From positions 704,001-768,000 of the forward strand of contig OY969696.1 in the NCBI GenBank assembly GCA_963702005.1: a stretch of DNA of 64,000 nucleotides. The letters run 5' to 3'. The notes beneath the pieces were generated by a model. It saw only the letters and a program-made list of their open reading frames with translations. It had not been told where the DNA came from and did no database searches. The first letter of the stretch is position 1, and the number at the start of each line of letters is the position of its first letter. Below are positions 28,940 to 38,600 of this stretch, piece after piece. The position numbers were made by a program, and so were the translations under genes. Origin of the DNA: Candidatus Aminicenantes bacterium. Its GTDB lineage: Bacteria; Acidobacteriota; Aminicenantia; Aminicenantales; JAFGBC01.

Positions 28940-28949
28940 GAGGCGGCCG

Positions 28950-30068
28950 ATGGCCATTCCGATCCAAGAGTTGCTCAAGATTTGCGTCGACGAAGATTCC
29001 AGCGACCTCCACATCACCACCTACGTCCCGCCCCGCATCCGGGTCCACGGCACCCTCCGCTCGATCGAGCATCCGCCCCTGACGCCGGCCGAGACGAAGC
29101 AGCTCGTCTACAGCATCCTGTCCGACAAGCAGAAGAAGACCTTCGAAGAAAAGCTCGAGCTCGATTTCTCGTTCGGAATCAAGGACCTGGGCCGATTCCG
29201 GGTCAACGTCTTCATGCAGAAGGGCTCGGTGGCGGCCGCCTTCCGCCGCTTCCTGCCGACGATGTGGAGCTTCTCGCAGCTCGGCATTCCCCAGCGGATC
29301 GCCCAGCTGTGCTACCTCCCACGCGGCCTCATCCTGGTCACCGGCCCGACCGGCTGCGGGAAGTCGACCTCGCTCGCCTGCATGATCGACCACATCAACC
29401 ACGAGCGGCCCGTCCACATCGTCACGATCGAGGACCCGATCGAATATTATTTTTCGCCCAAGAAGGCCATCATCAACCAGCGGGAGCTCCTGGTCGACAC
29501 CCTGTCCTACGCGAACGCGCTGCGCTCCGTCCTCCGCGAAGATCCCGACGTCGTCCTGGTCGGCGAGATGCGGGATTTGGAAACGGTCGAGGCGACCCTC
29601 CGGGTCGCCGAGACGGGCCACTTGACCTTCTCGACCCTTCACACCAACTCAGCCTCGGAGACGATCTCGCGGATCGTCGACATCTTCCCCAGCCAGTACC
29701 AGAGCCAGGTCCGGATCATGCTGTCCATGACCCTCGAGGCCGTCTTGACCCAAGCCCTCCTCCCCCGGGCCGACGGGAAGGGGCGGGCCTTGACCATGGA
29801 GATCCTCATCCCCAACCCGGCCATCCGGAACCTGATCCGGGAGAATAAAATCCACCAGATCTATTCGGCCATGCAGATGGGCCAAGAGAAGTTCGGGATG
29901 CAGACCTTTAATCAATCCCTGGCCAACCTCTACACCAAGGGGATCATCACCCTGGACACGGCCATGAGCGTCACCTCCTTCCCCGAGGAGCTGACGGATA
30001 TCCTCCAGCGCCGGGAGGGCCTCAAGGCCGGATCGGGCGGCGCGACGGCGGGGACCGGCCGAAAGTAA
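28950..30068 (+). CDS. pilT: Type IV pilus retraction ATPase
   Basis: SDLHI, GPTGCGKST, EDPIE, LREDPD, AIRNLIRE. Confidence 0.96.
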   Translation: MAIPIQELLKICVDEDSSDLHITTYVPPRIRVHGTLRSIEHPPLTPAETKQLVYSILSDKQKKTFEEKLELDFSFGIKDLGRFRVNVFMQKGSVAAAFRRFLPTMWSFSQLGIPQRIAQLCYLPRGLILVTGPTGCGKSTSLACMIDHINHERPVHIVTIEDPIEYYFSPKKAIINQRELLVDTLSYANALRSVLREDPDVVLVGEMRDLETVEATLRVAETGHLTFSTLHTNSASETISRIVDIFPSQYQSQVRIMLSMTLEAVLTQALLPRADGKGRALTMEILIPNPAIRNLIRENKIHQIYSAMQMGQEKFGMQTFNQSLANLYTKGIITLDTAMSVTSFPEELTDILQRREGLKAGSGGATAGTGRK

Positions 30069-30092
30069 CGAGAGGCGAAAAAGGGGACAACC

Positions 30093-31295
30093 ATGCCACT
30101 CTACAGCTGGAAAGGCACGAACAGGTACGGGGACGAAGTCCAGGGCGAGCGAATGGCGGCTACCCAGGATGAACTCCTCAGGACGCTCCAGAAAGAGCAG
30201 ATCACGGTCTCGAACGTCACCATTAAAAGGCGGGGCTTCTCGATCCCCTTTATTAAGCGGGAGAGGGTCAAGCTCAAGGAGTTGGCCATCTACAGCCGCC
30301 AGCTCTCGGTCCTGATCGACGCCGAGCTCCCCCTCATCCAGAGCCTCAACATCCTGACCGAGCAGACCCGAAACAAGTATTTCAAGGGGATCATCGCCCA
30401 GGTCCGGGAGGACGTCGAGGCCGGCTCTTCCTTGAACCAAGCCAAGCGCAAGCATCCCAAAGCCTTCGACGACCTCTACTGCAACCTGATCGCTTCGGGC
30501 GAACAGAGCGGCTCCCTCGACATCATGCTCCGCCGGCTCTCGGAATTCATCGAGAAGATCGTCCGCCTCCGGTCCAAGGTCCGCCAGGCCATGATCTACC
30601 CCGCCGCCATCATCACTTTCGCGATCGTGGTTGCCATCTTCCTCCTCTGGAAGGTCATCCCCATCTTCGCCTCCATCTTCCAGGAGCTCGGGGCGTCCCT
30701 TCCCTTCCTGACCGTCATCGTCATGAAGCTGAGCAATTTTACCCAGAACTATATCGTTTTCATCTTTCTGGGGCTGATCGGCCTCGTCTTCTCATTCCGT
30801 TATTTTCGGAACTCGCCCCGGGGCCGGGTCATCGTCGACCGGACCCTCCTCCGCATCCCCCTCGTCGGCAAGATCCTGGAGAAGGTCGCCGTGTCGCGGA
30901 TTACCCGGACGTTGTCGACCCTCCTCTCGGGCGGCGTCTCCATGCTCGAGAGTCTCCGGATCACCTCGAGCACGGCCGGGAACGTCATCCTCGAGGGCTG
31001 GGTCATGGAATCCCGCCGCCTGGTCGCCGAGGGCAAGAGCCTGACCGACGGCCTCCGCGAGGCCGGGGCCTTCCCGTTCATGATGACCCAGATGGTCAGC
31101 GTCGGCGAAGCGACCGGAACCCTGGACGAGATGCTCAGCAAGCTGGCCGATTTCTACGACGAGGAAGTGGACACTTCGGTCGCCTCGATGCTGTCGATCC
31201 TTGAGCCCGTCATGCTCATTCTCGTCGGCGGACTCGTCGGGTCGCTGGTCATATCCATGTACCTCCCCATCTTCAGCCTCCTCCAGCAGTTCTAA
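30093..31295 (+). CDS. pilC: Type IV pilus platform protein (GspF family)
   Basis: SRQLSVLI, GEQSGSL, AMIYP, GEATGTL, MYLPIF. Confidence 0.95.
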   Translation: MPLYSWKGTNRYGDEVQGERMAATQDELLRTLQKEQITVSNVTIKRRGFSIPFIKRERVKLKELAIYSRQLSVLIDAELPLIQSLNILTEQTRNKYFKGIIAQVREDVEAGSSLNQAKRKHPKAFDDLYCNLIASGEQSGSLDIMLRRLSEFIEKIVRLRSKVRQAMIYPAAIITFAIVVAIFLLWKVIPIFASIFQELGASLPFLTVIVMKLSNFTQNYIVFIFLGLIGLVFSFRYFRNSPRGRVIVDRTLLRIPLVGKILEKVAVSRITRTLSTLLSGGVSMLESLRITSSTAGNVILEGWVMESRRLVAEGKSLTDGLREAGAFPFMMTQMVSVGEATGTLDEMLSKLADFYDEEVDTSVASMLSILEPVMLILVGGLVGSLVISMYLPIFSLLQQF

Positions 31296-31316
31296 GCCCG
31301 GCCGGAGCCCGGCGCC

Positions 31317-32597
31317 ATGAAGATAGACAGGAAGAGCATTCTTTGGCTCATCATTCTCCGTCTCGTCATCATGGTGACCCTTCTGCTTTCGACGATCATC
31401 ATCCAGTCGGCCGCCCCCTTCTTCATGCCGATCATTCCTTTTTACATCCTCGTCCTCGCCTCGCTCCTCATGTCGGCGGGCTATTTCTTCCTTTACCGCG
31501 TCTCGCGGAACACGACCTTTCAAGCCTATCTTCAGATCATCCTGGACCTCTTCCTGATCACGGGCCTCGTCTACATCTCGGGCGGATTGTCCGGGTCGTT
31601 CTACTTCCTGTACGTTTTTGTCATCCTGGCCGGCGGGGTCATCCTGCCCAAACGGGCGGCCTACCTGGTCGCCGCCCTGGCCGGGATTTGGTTCGGGATG
31701 ATGGTCGACGGCATCTACTACGGCCTCATCCCGAGCTTGAACCCCGATCAGGGCGGGAAAATCGCGCCCGGTTATGTCCTGTTCACGGTGTTGATGGCCT
31801 GGGCCGTCTTCTTCGTCGTCGCCTTCCTGATCGACCACCTGATGCGGAAGCTCCGCCTGGCCGGGGAGAATCTTCGCCTGGCCCAGAAAGAGCTCGAGAT
31901 CAAAGAACGCTTGGCCGCCGCCGGACAGCACGCGGCCACCCTGGCCCATGAGATTCGCAACCCTCTGGCCGCCATCGCCGGCTCGGTCCAGTTCCTGAGG
32001 GGGGAGCTCAGTCTCAACCGGGAACAGGGGCGCCTCATGGACATCGTCCTCAACGAGTCGAACCGGGTCTCGCAGACGATCGAGCAATTCTTGACCCTAG
32101 CCTCTCCTGAGCGAGTCGCCTTCACGGTCCTGAACCTTTCCGAGCTTTTCCAGGAGACGCTGACCATCCTCCGGGCGGGCGGCGAGTTGGACGGCGGGAT
32201 CCGGATCGAAGGGAACTTCACGGAGGGCGGCGTCTATTACTATGGAAACAGCAACCAGTTCAAGCAGATTTTATGGAATCTGACCAAGAACGCCGTCAAG
32301 GCCATGCCCCAGGGCGGAAGCCTGACGATCGACTTCCTGCGCCCCCGGGAGACCGAGCTCCAGATTCGGTTCTCCGACACGGGGCGAGGCATGACCGACC
32401 AGGAACGGGCCCGCATGTTCCTGCCCTTCCAGTCCGGGTTCGATACGGGCTGGGGCTTGGGCATGGCCCTCGTCCGGCGGATCGTCGAAGACTATGAGGG
32501 GACGATCGACGTCGTCTCGAGTCCCGGCCGGGGGACCGTCATCTCGATCATCCTGCCCGTCCGGGGGAGAGCGGCCCGCGAGGCGGCCGCTTCCTGA
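31317..32597 (+). CDS. pilS: PilS-like sensor histidine kinase
   Basis: Multiple TMs, AHEIRNPL, NLTKNA, DTGRG, GLGM; pil context. Confidence 0.85.
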   Translation: MKIDRKSILWLIILRLVIMVTLLLSTIIIQSAAPFFMPIIPFYILVLASLLMSAGYFFLYRVSRNTTFQAYLQIILDLFLITGLVYISGGLSGSFYFLYVFVILAGGVILPKRAAYLVAALAGIWFGMMVDGIYYGLIPSLNPDQGGKIAPGYVLFTVLMAWAVFFVVAFLIDHLMRKLRLAGENLRLAQKELEIKERLAAAGQHAATLAHEIRNPLAAIAGSVQFLRGELSLNREQGRLMDIVLNESNRVSQTIEQFLTLASPERVAFTVLNLSELFQETLTILRAGGELDGGIRIEGNFTEGGVYYYGNSNQFKQILWNLTKNAVKAMPQGGSLTIDFLRPRETELQIRFSDTGRGMTDQERARMFLPFQSGFDTGWGLGMALVRRIVEDYEGTIDVVSSPGRGTVISIILPVRGRAAREAAAS

Positions 32598-32604
32598 GGA
32601 TGCC

Positions 32605-34014
32605 ATGGAAACGATCATCATCCTCGACGACGAGAAGAGCATCGTCGAGCTGTTGACCATGGTCTTCGGCAAGGAGGGCTACGCCGTCAAGTCCTTCGTC
32701 CCCTCGGCCCGGGTCATGGACAGCCTCGAGAAGGAGGATTTCGACCTCCTCATCACCGACATCCGGATGCCCCAGATCAGCGGGATGAAGATCCTCAAAC
32801 ACATGCGGGCGGCCAAGCCGGATGTCCCGGTCATCGTCATCACGGCCTACGGCAGCATCCCCCAGGCCGTCGAGGCCCTCAAGGAAGGAGCCCTCGACTA
32901 CGTCGTCAAGCCCTTCAATATGGATGAGCTCAAGATCATCGTCCAGAACGGCCTCGAAAAAAAGCGGCTCAAGGATGAGAACGTCCTCCTCAAGAAAGAC
33001 CTCCAGGAAATCTACAGCTTCGAGCAGATGATCGGGAAGAGCAAGGTCATGAAGGAGATCTACACGCTCATCGAGAAGATCGCGACGACGGACTCGACCG
33101 TCCTCATCTCGGGCGAGAGCGGGACGGGCAAGGAACTGGCCGCCCGGGCCCTTCACTTCCAGAGTCGGCGCCGCAACGGCTCGTTCGTCTCCTTGAACTG
33201 CGCGGCCCTTCCCGAGAACCTCCTCGAATCGGAGCTGTTCGGCCATATCCGGGGGGCCTTCACCGGAGCGGTCGTCGACAAGCGCGGCATGTTCGAGGTC
33301 GCCCAACGGGGGACTTTGTTCCTGGACGAGATCGGGGAAACGACGCCCTGGACGCAGGTCAAGATCCTGCGGGCCCTCCAGGACCGGAAGATCCGCCGCG
33401 TCGGCGGGACCGAGGAGATCCCGATCGACGTCCGGATCATCTGCGCCACCAACCTGGACCTCAAAAAAAGAATCGAGGAGGGCAAGTTCCGGGAGGAGCT
33501 CTTCTACCGGATCAACGTCATCTCGTTCGAGATGCCCGCCCTGCGCCGGAGGATCGAGGACATCCCCCTCCTCGTCTCCCACTTCCTCCAGAAGTATTGC
33601 CAGCGGATGAACAGGCGCATGAAGCGGGTCGCGCCCGAGGTCATCGGCTTATTCGAGGCCTACGGCTGGCCCGGCAACGTCCGGGAGCTTGAAAACGCCG
33701 TCGAGAGGATCGTGGCCATCGAGGATCGGGAGACGATCACCCCGACCTGTCTGTCGCCCGAGATCCTCCATCCCGGCCAGCCGGCCGAAGCGCCGACCGG
33801 GCTCGAGGCCGGCTTCAACTTGACGGCCCACATCGACGAGATCTCCAAGAGGTACCTCCTCCAGGCCCTCCAGGCGGCAGGATCCAACTTGAAAAAGGCG
33901 GCCGACCTGCTCGGCCTCAGCTACCGCTCCCTCCGCTACCTGATCGACAAATACGGCCTCAAAGACCATCCGGAAGAGCCCCAGGCGGGGAAGACCGCGG
34001 AGGGGGCCAGATGA
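32605..34014 (+). CDS. pilR: Sigma54-dependent response regulator, PilR-like
   Basis: Receiver DD/D/K residues, GESGTGKE, GAFTGA, WPGNVREL, C-terminal HTH. Confidence 0.9.
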   Translation: METIIILDDEKSIVELLTMVFGKEGYAVKSFVPSARVMDSLEKEDFDLLITDIRMPQISGMKILKHMRAAKPDVPVIVITAYGSIPQAVEALKEGALDYVVKPFNMDELKIIVQNGLEKKRLKDENVLLKKDLQEIYSFEQMIGKSKVMKEIYTLIEKIATTDSTVLISGESGTGKELAARALHFQSRRRNGSFVSLNCAALPENLLESELFGHIRGAFTGAVVDKRGMFEVAQRGTLFLDEIGETTPWTQVKILRALQDRKIRRVGGTEEIPIDVRIICATNLDLKKRIEEGKFREELFYRINVISFEMPALRRRIEDIPLLVSHFLQKYCQRMNRRMKRVAPEVIGLFEAYGWPGNVRELENAVERIVAIEDRETITPTCLSPEILHPGQPAEAPTGLEAGFNLTAHIDEISKRYLLQALQAAGSNLKKAADLLGLSYRSLRYLIDKYGLKDHPEEPQAGKTAEGAR

Positions 34015-34092
34015 CCAAATATCGGCACGTTGAGACATTTATTGTCACAATGCAGAAGGGAAGAAGGATTCCGAAGTTTTTAAAATTAGATT

Positions 34093-34135
34093 TATCAACG
34101 AGTTACGTTATATTGCTTTTGGCACGGGGATTGCA
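34093..34135 (+). promoter_or_regulatory. IHF site and sigma54 (-24/-12) promoter of the pilin gene
   Basis: TATCAAcgagTTA (WATCAAN4TTR) at 34093-34105; TGGCAC-gggga-TTGCA at 34120-34135. Confidence 0.85.
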
Positions 34136-34211
34136 TAAAATAGGTGCGTCTGCACTGATTCTAAATAGTATCCTTGCTCGATGAGAAGTCAGCAAGGAAA
34201 AGGAGGTTTCA

Positions 34212-34775
34212 ATGTTTAAGCGGATGAGAGGATTCACCCTCATCGAGCTGCTGATCGTCGTCGCGATCATCGGGATTCTGGCCGCTCTCCTTATCCCCAA
34301 CGCCATCACGGCCATCCAGAAGGCCAAGCAGAAGAGCACCATGAAGGACATCAACACGATGTCGACCGGATGCGCCGACTACATCACGGACCATGGCTCT
34401 TGGGATGCCTTCACCCAGGACGGGCAGCTGACGGCCAACAACGAGTGGTTGCAAGCCATCGCGCCCTTCTACGTCAAGATCCTTCCCGTGGGCGACGGCT
34501 GGGGCAACGGGTTCTATGTCTATGTCGGCCAGACCGCTGTCCAGGGCAACGGCGCCATCACCAGCCTGAACTCCGGGGACGTGGGCGAGGATGACTTCGT
34601 CTGCGCTTCGGCCGGCCGCGACAAGACGCTCGAGGGCTTTGCTTTCGATGAGACCAATCCCGAGAGCGGTTTCTACGAAGTCAACAGCCTCGCCGATTTC
34701 CAGAACGACCTGGTTCAGTGGAGCGGCTCTTGGGTTCGTTGCCCCAGAATCGCTCGGGCCATCGCGGGCACCTGA
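34212..34775 (+). CDS. pilA: Type IV major pilin (prepilin)
   Basis: MFKRMRG|FTLIELLIVVAIIGILAALLIP; strong SD; sigma54 promoter; own terminator. Confidence 0.85.
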   Translation: MFKRMRGFTLIELLIVVAIIGILAALLIPNAITAIQKAKQKSTMKDINTMSTGCADYITDHGSWDAFTQDGQLTANNEWLQAIAPFYVKILPVGDGWGNGFYVYVGQTAVQGNGAITSLNSGDVGEDDFVCASAGRDKTLEGFAFDETNPESGFYEVNSLADFQNDLVQWSGSWVRCPRIARAIAGT

Positions 34776-34813
34776 TCCTGAACTGATCGCAGTCTGAAGA
34801 CAGGCCAAACGGA

Positions 34814-34852
34814 AGGGGCGAACCGCCCAGGGCGGTTCGCCCCTATTTTTTT
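34814..34852 (+). terminator. Intrinsic terminator
   Basis: aggggcgaaccgccc-a-gggcggttcgcccct followed by a T7 run. Confidence 0.9.
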
Positions 34853-34872
34853 ACCCCGATCTTAATCTCGGC

Positions 34873-36826
34873 TTAGAATCCCCGCTCGGGGAGGATATCG
34901 TAATACTTCTTAGGGTTGTATCCGCTGTCCATCATCCTGCGCCGGATCCGGTCGGCCTCTTTACGGAAGCCGAGCTTGAAGTAGCAGGACAGAAGCCGGT
35001 TGAGAAGCGTATCCCGCCAGAGGGGGTCCGTTTCGACCTGAAGGGCCGCCTCGTAGGAATAGGCGGCCCTTCGGTAATCGAGCCCCTTCATATAGGCGAG
35101 GCCGCGCTCGATGAGATGGGGGACGTCCCAGGCCGTCCAGTCCGCGGAACGAGCCACCTCGTCGAGAAAAGACTGGAAGTCTTTAGAGTAGAGCTTAAAC
35201 AGATCTTGGGGGCGACCGACGAGCCGGACCCGGCCCCGTCGGTCCGGATTGAAGATCAAGGGCGGGCCGGCCGATACGGCTGAGCCGCTTCGCTCCAGGG
35301 GGATTAGCAGGCCGCGCTCCAGAGTTCCTAGATAGATGAAGAAGCGGCGGTCCGGGTGGCAATCCAGGAGACGGACGTTGTCGGCGCCCTGGTCTCGGGC
35401 GTAAATAATGTCGGCTTTAAGGTCGGGATCATTGAAGAGAAACCCCGAGCTCCAAACTCCGGCCGGATAGAACCGGCTCGGCGAACGGAGGATGCGCATG
35501 AATACGACGGCCCGCCCAAGGGAAAGCGAGCGGAGGGTGCGGCCGATGGCCGGGGACGTGCCGGCCAGGTCGTGACCGATCGTGTCCAGGGGATAGCCCG
35601 AATCTTTGGGCCATATCCAGCGTGGGAAACGGACGAAGAAACCGTGGCCGATGAAGAGAATGAGGAGGCCGGCCGTCAGGGCTTGGACCGCCCGGGGCTT
35701 GAGCCCCCCTCCCGAGCGGAGGAAGCGCTGGAATTCGAGAACGCCGCGCGCGCTGAGGAGAACGAGAAGGACGACGGTCTCGAACATGAGCCTGGGCCCG
35801 AGGGCGATAAGCGTTCCCCAGAAGAAGAAAAGGCCGACGAGCATCGAGAGAATCCCCGAGGCCAGGAGCAGGTCTTTGCGTCGCTCCTCGGCGGGGCGCT
35901 TGAGAACGACCAAGGGGAGAAGCGCCCACAGGGACGAGAGGGGCCATCCGAACAAGTCCCGGTTGAGCGCCTTGAGATAGGCGAAGATATTGTCCCAGCC
36001 CTGCAGCATGGTGAAGGCAGTGCCGGCCAAGCCCGTGTTTCCGAAGCCGGGAAGGATCTTGTCGCCGAATACGACCGAATATCCCATCCTGAACGGAGAA
36101 CCGTTGGTGATCTGATTGTAGGCGCCCAGGACGGCGATGAAGAAGGCCGCCCCGCCGGCGGCGGCCAGGATATTTCCCGCTCGCGACTTCAGCTCGGGCA
36201 GGGTCTTCCAGGCGTAGCTGAGAAGAAAAAGGAAGCCCGAAAATGAGGGCATTGTAAGGACGAATCATGATCATGAAGCCGAGACCGACTCCGGCCAGGA
36301 GCCCGTTGAGGAGGGTCGGCTTTGAAAGCGAGCGGATGAAAAAGACAAGGAACAGGGACGCGAAAAAGAGGCTGCTGGTGTGGTTCATGAAGCTCGAGGA
36401 CATCAGCAGAAACCAGATCGAGGCTGCGCCCAGGACGGCCGCCAGGGTTCCGGTTCGGCGGTCATAAAGCTCTACGCCCAACGCGTAGAAAAGGAGGATG
36501 GTAAGGGCCGCCAGCAGGGGGTTGACTATCCAGGGCGCGCCCAGGATGATGCCGATGGCCAGCAGGAGGGGATAGCCCGGCGTGTACATGCTGTACCAGC
36601 GGCCGTTGTTGATCGTGTGCGGGAAGGCAAAAAAATCCCTGGCGCAGGGCGATGGGGCGTAGAGGCGGCCCGACGCGAACAGACGGGCCTGGAACAGATA
36701 ATCGATCTCGTCGTGGATACGGGGCGTGTGTTCGAAAACGACCCAGGAGAAGACGTTGCTGAAAATGAGCACGAAGGCGGCGGCCGCCAGGACCGGCCAA
36801 GGGATCTTATTCCATCCGTGAACCAT
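34873..36826 (-). CDS. GT-C fold (ArnT/PMT-like) membrane glycosyltransferase, split by a +1 frameshift at 36226-36230
   Basis: HDEIDY, YTPGYPLLLA, many TMs, IRPY. Deleting one base of the A5 run joins track ORFs 35429-36826 and 34873-36252 into about 650 aa. Confidence 0.75.
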
Positions 36827-36874
36827 CGGTCCCTTTATAGTTCAAATCCGTATCCGTTTCAATCCCCTTCGCGG

Positions 36875-36910
36875 GATCCCACGGACGTAAGTCCGTGGAG
36901 CTTCAGGCCG
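36875..36910 (+). repeat. Single CCCACGGAC-N4-GTCCGTGG hairpin module of the composite repeat
   Basis: cccacggacgtaagtccgtggagcttcagg matches the reverse complement of 3367-3396 and resembles 38433-38462. Confidence 0.7.
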
Positions 36911-36956
36911 GAGTCGCCGGCGCGGTCATTTGTGCTATAATCAAAAACCGGACCCG

Positions 36957-37658
36957 ATGAGAACGATCGTTTGTCTTGGCGTCTATGTGCTGGCCGTCCT
37001 GATCATCATTCCCTTTCTCCTCGTTTGCTTTGTCTTCGGGCTGCGGGAGCCGGTCGCGGCGGCCGGGAAGGCGGCCCTCAAGCTGGGGCGGCCCATCCTC
37101 GGCCTCAAGCTCAAGGTCGCGGGCCTGCAACGCCTCGACCCGGGGACGCCCTACGTTTACATGGCCAATCACCTGAGCTTACTGGACGGGCCGATCCTGT
37201 TCGCCGTCATCCCCCGCCTGGTCCGGGTCATCCTCAAGAAGGAAGTCTTCCGGATTCCGGTCATCGGCCAGGGCATGCGCTTCGTCGATTTCGTGCCCGT
37301 CGACCGTAAGGGCTTCAAGGCCGGGAAGAAGAGCATTGAAAGGGCCGTCCGGCTCATGGCTGAGCGGAGATATTCTTTCCTCGTCTTTCCGGAGGGGACG
37401 CGGAGCCGGGACGGGCGCCTCCAGGCCTTCAAACGGGGGGGATTTTTCCTGGCGCTGGCTGGCGGCGCCCCGATCGTCCCCATCACCATTCGGGGCAGCT
37501 ACGAGCTCATGCCCCGCGGCCGATTCTTCGTCAAGAAGGGCCCCGTCGGGGTCGAATTCCATGAACCCGTACCGGTCGCAGGATACGGGCCGGAAACCCT
37601 GTCCGCCCTCGTGGACAGGATTAGGGACATCATCCGATCAGAGGGAGGGGAGGATTAG
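36957..37658 (+). CDS. plsC: 1-acyl-sn-glycerol-3-phosphate acyltransferase
   Basis: NHLSLLD, FPEGTRS, FKRGGF. Confidence 0.9.
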   Translation: MRTIVCLGVYVLAVLIIIPFLLVCFVFGLREPVAAAGKAALKLGRPILGLKLKVAGLQRLDPGTPYVYMANHLSLLDGPILFAVIPRLVRVILKKEVFRIPVIGQGMRFVDFVPVDRKGFKAGKKSIERAVRLMAERRYSFLVFPEGTRSRDGRLQAFKRGGFFLALAGGAPIVPITIRGSYELMPRGRFFVKKGPVGVEFHEPVPVAGYGPETLSALVDRIRDIIRSEGGED

Positions 37659-37660
37659 CG

Positions 37661-38224
37661 ATGAACTACATGGCGGCGATCGAAAACCTGGGCCTGGTCG
37701 CTCAGGGCTTTTTCGAGACCAAGCAGGGACCGTTTGAAAAGGTCGTCGACGTCTGCGTCCGGAGTCTGCTGGCCGGGGGGAAGATCCTTCTGTTCGGGAA
37801 CGGCGGGAGCGCCGCCGAGGCCCAGCATTTCGCGGCCGAGCTCGTCAACAAATTCTACCGGATCCGCTCCGCCCTGCCCGCCCTGGCCTTGACGACGGAC
37901 GGCTCGATTTTGACCTCGATCGCCAACGACAGCTCCTACGACAAAGTTTTCAGCCGCCAGGTCGAGGCCCTGGGGATGCCCGGGGATGTCGCCATCGGCC
38001 TTTCGACGAGCGGGACGTCGGCCAATGTCGTGGAGGGGCTGCGCACGGCCAAGGCGAGGGGCCTGGTGACCGTGGCCTTGACCGGGAAGGGCGGCGCCGA
38101 GATGGCCGAGCTCGCCGACCATCTCCTCGACGTGCCCAGTAAAACGACTCCCCGCATCCAGGAGGTTCATCTGATCATCCTGCACCTTCTGGCCGAGCTG
38201 CTCGAGGAGAGACTTTCGAGTTGA
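37661..38224 (+). CDS. gmhA: Phosphoheptose isomerase
   Basis: GNGGSAAEAQHFAAEL, IAND, STSG.S, RIQEVH. Confidence 0.93.
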   Translation: MNYMAAIENLGLVAQGFFETKQGPFEKVVDVCVRSLLAGGKILLFGNGGSAAEAQHFAAELVNKFYRIRSALPALALTTDGSILTSIANDSSYDKVFSRQVEALGMPGDVAIGLSTSGTSANVVEGLRTAKARGLVTVALTGKGGAEMAELADHLLDVPSKTTPRIQEVHLIILHLLAELLEERLSS

Positions 38225-38245
38225 GATAGGCGGGAGGGCCGGCTC

Positions 38246-38600
38246 ACCCGTTCGCCGACGCTACCCCGCCATGAAAGGCGGGGACGAGAAGCGTGGCTCA
38301 GGGTTAAACCTGATCAAGCCCAGCCTTGCAGTACACACGAACCGGGAACGGTTCGTGGGTGCCGGCATTCAGCACTCATAAGCCGTAAACGGCTTATGAG
38401 TACAGTCGCTCCAATGCCTGTAATGCGCGGTTCCCACAGAATTGAGTCCATGGAGCTCCGGGCCGGCGAGCAGCCTTGCAGCACTCATGACCCATAAACG
38501 GGCCATGAGTACTGCGAAACGCCTGCACTCATGACCCATAAACGGGCCATGAGTACTGCGAAACGCCTGCACTCATGGCTTCCATGAGTGTCGAGGGTTT
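38246..38600. repeat. Cluster of palindromic repeats, including a 44-bp tandem duplication
   Basis: 38246-38310 matches 23600-23666; 38321-38465 matches the reverse complement of 3367-3500; 38481-38524 and 38525-38568 are identical, with a partial third unit. Confidence 0.85.

Noticed and set aside
38481-38590. CRISPR array
   Set aside because: Units are identical 44-bp tandem copies with no unique spacers, and there are no cas genes in the window
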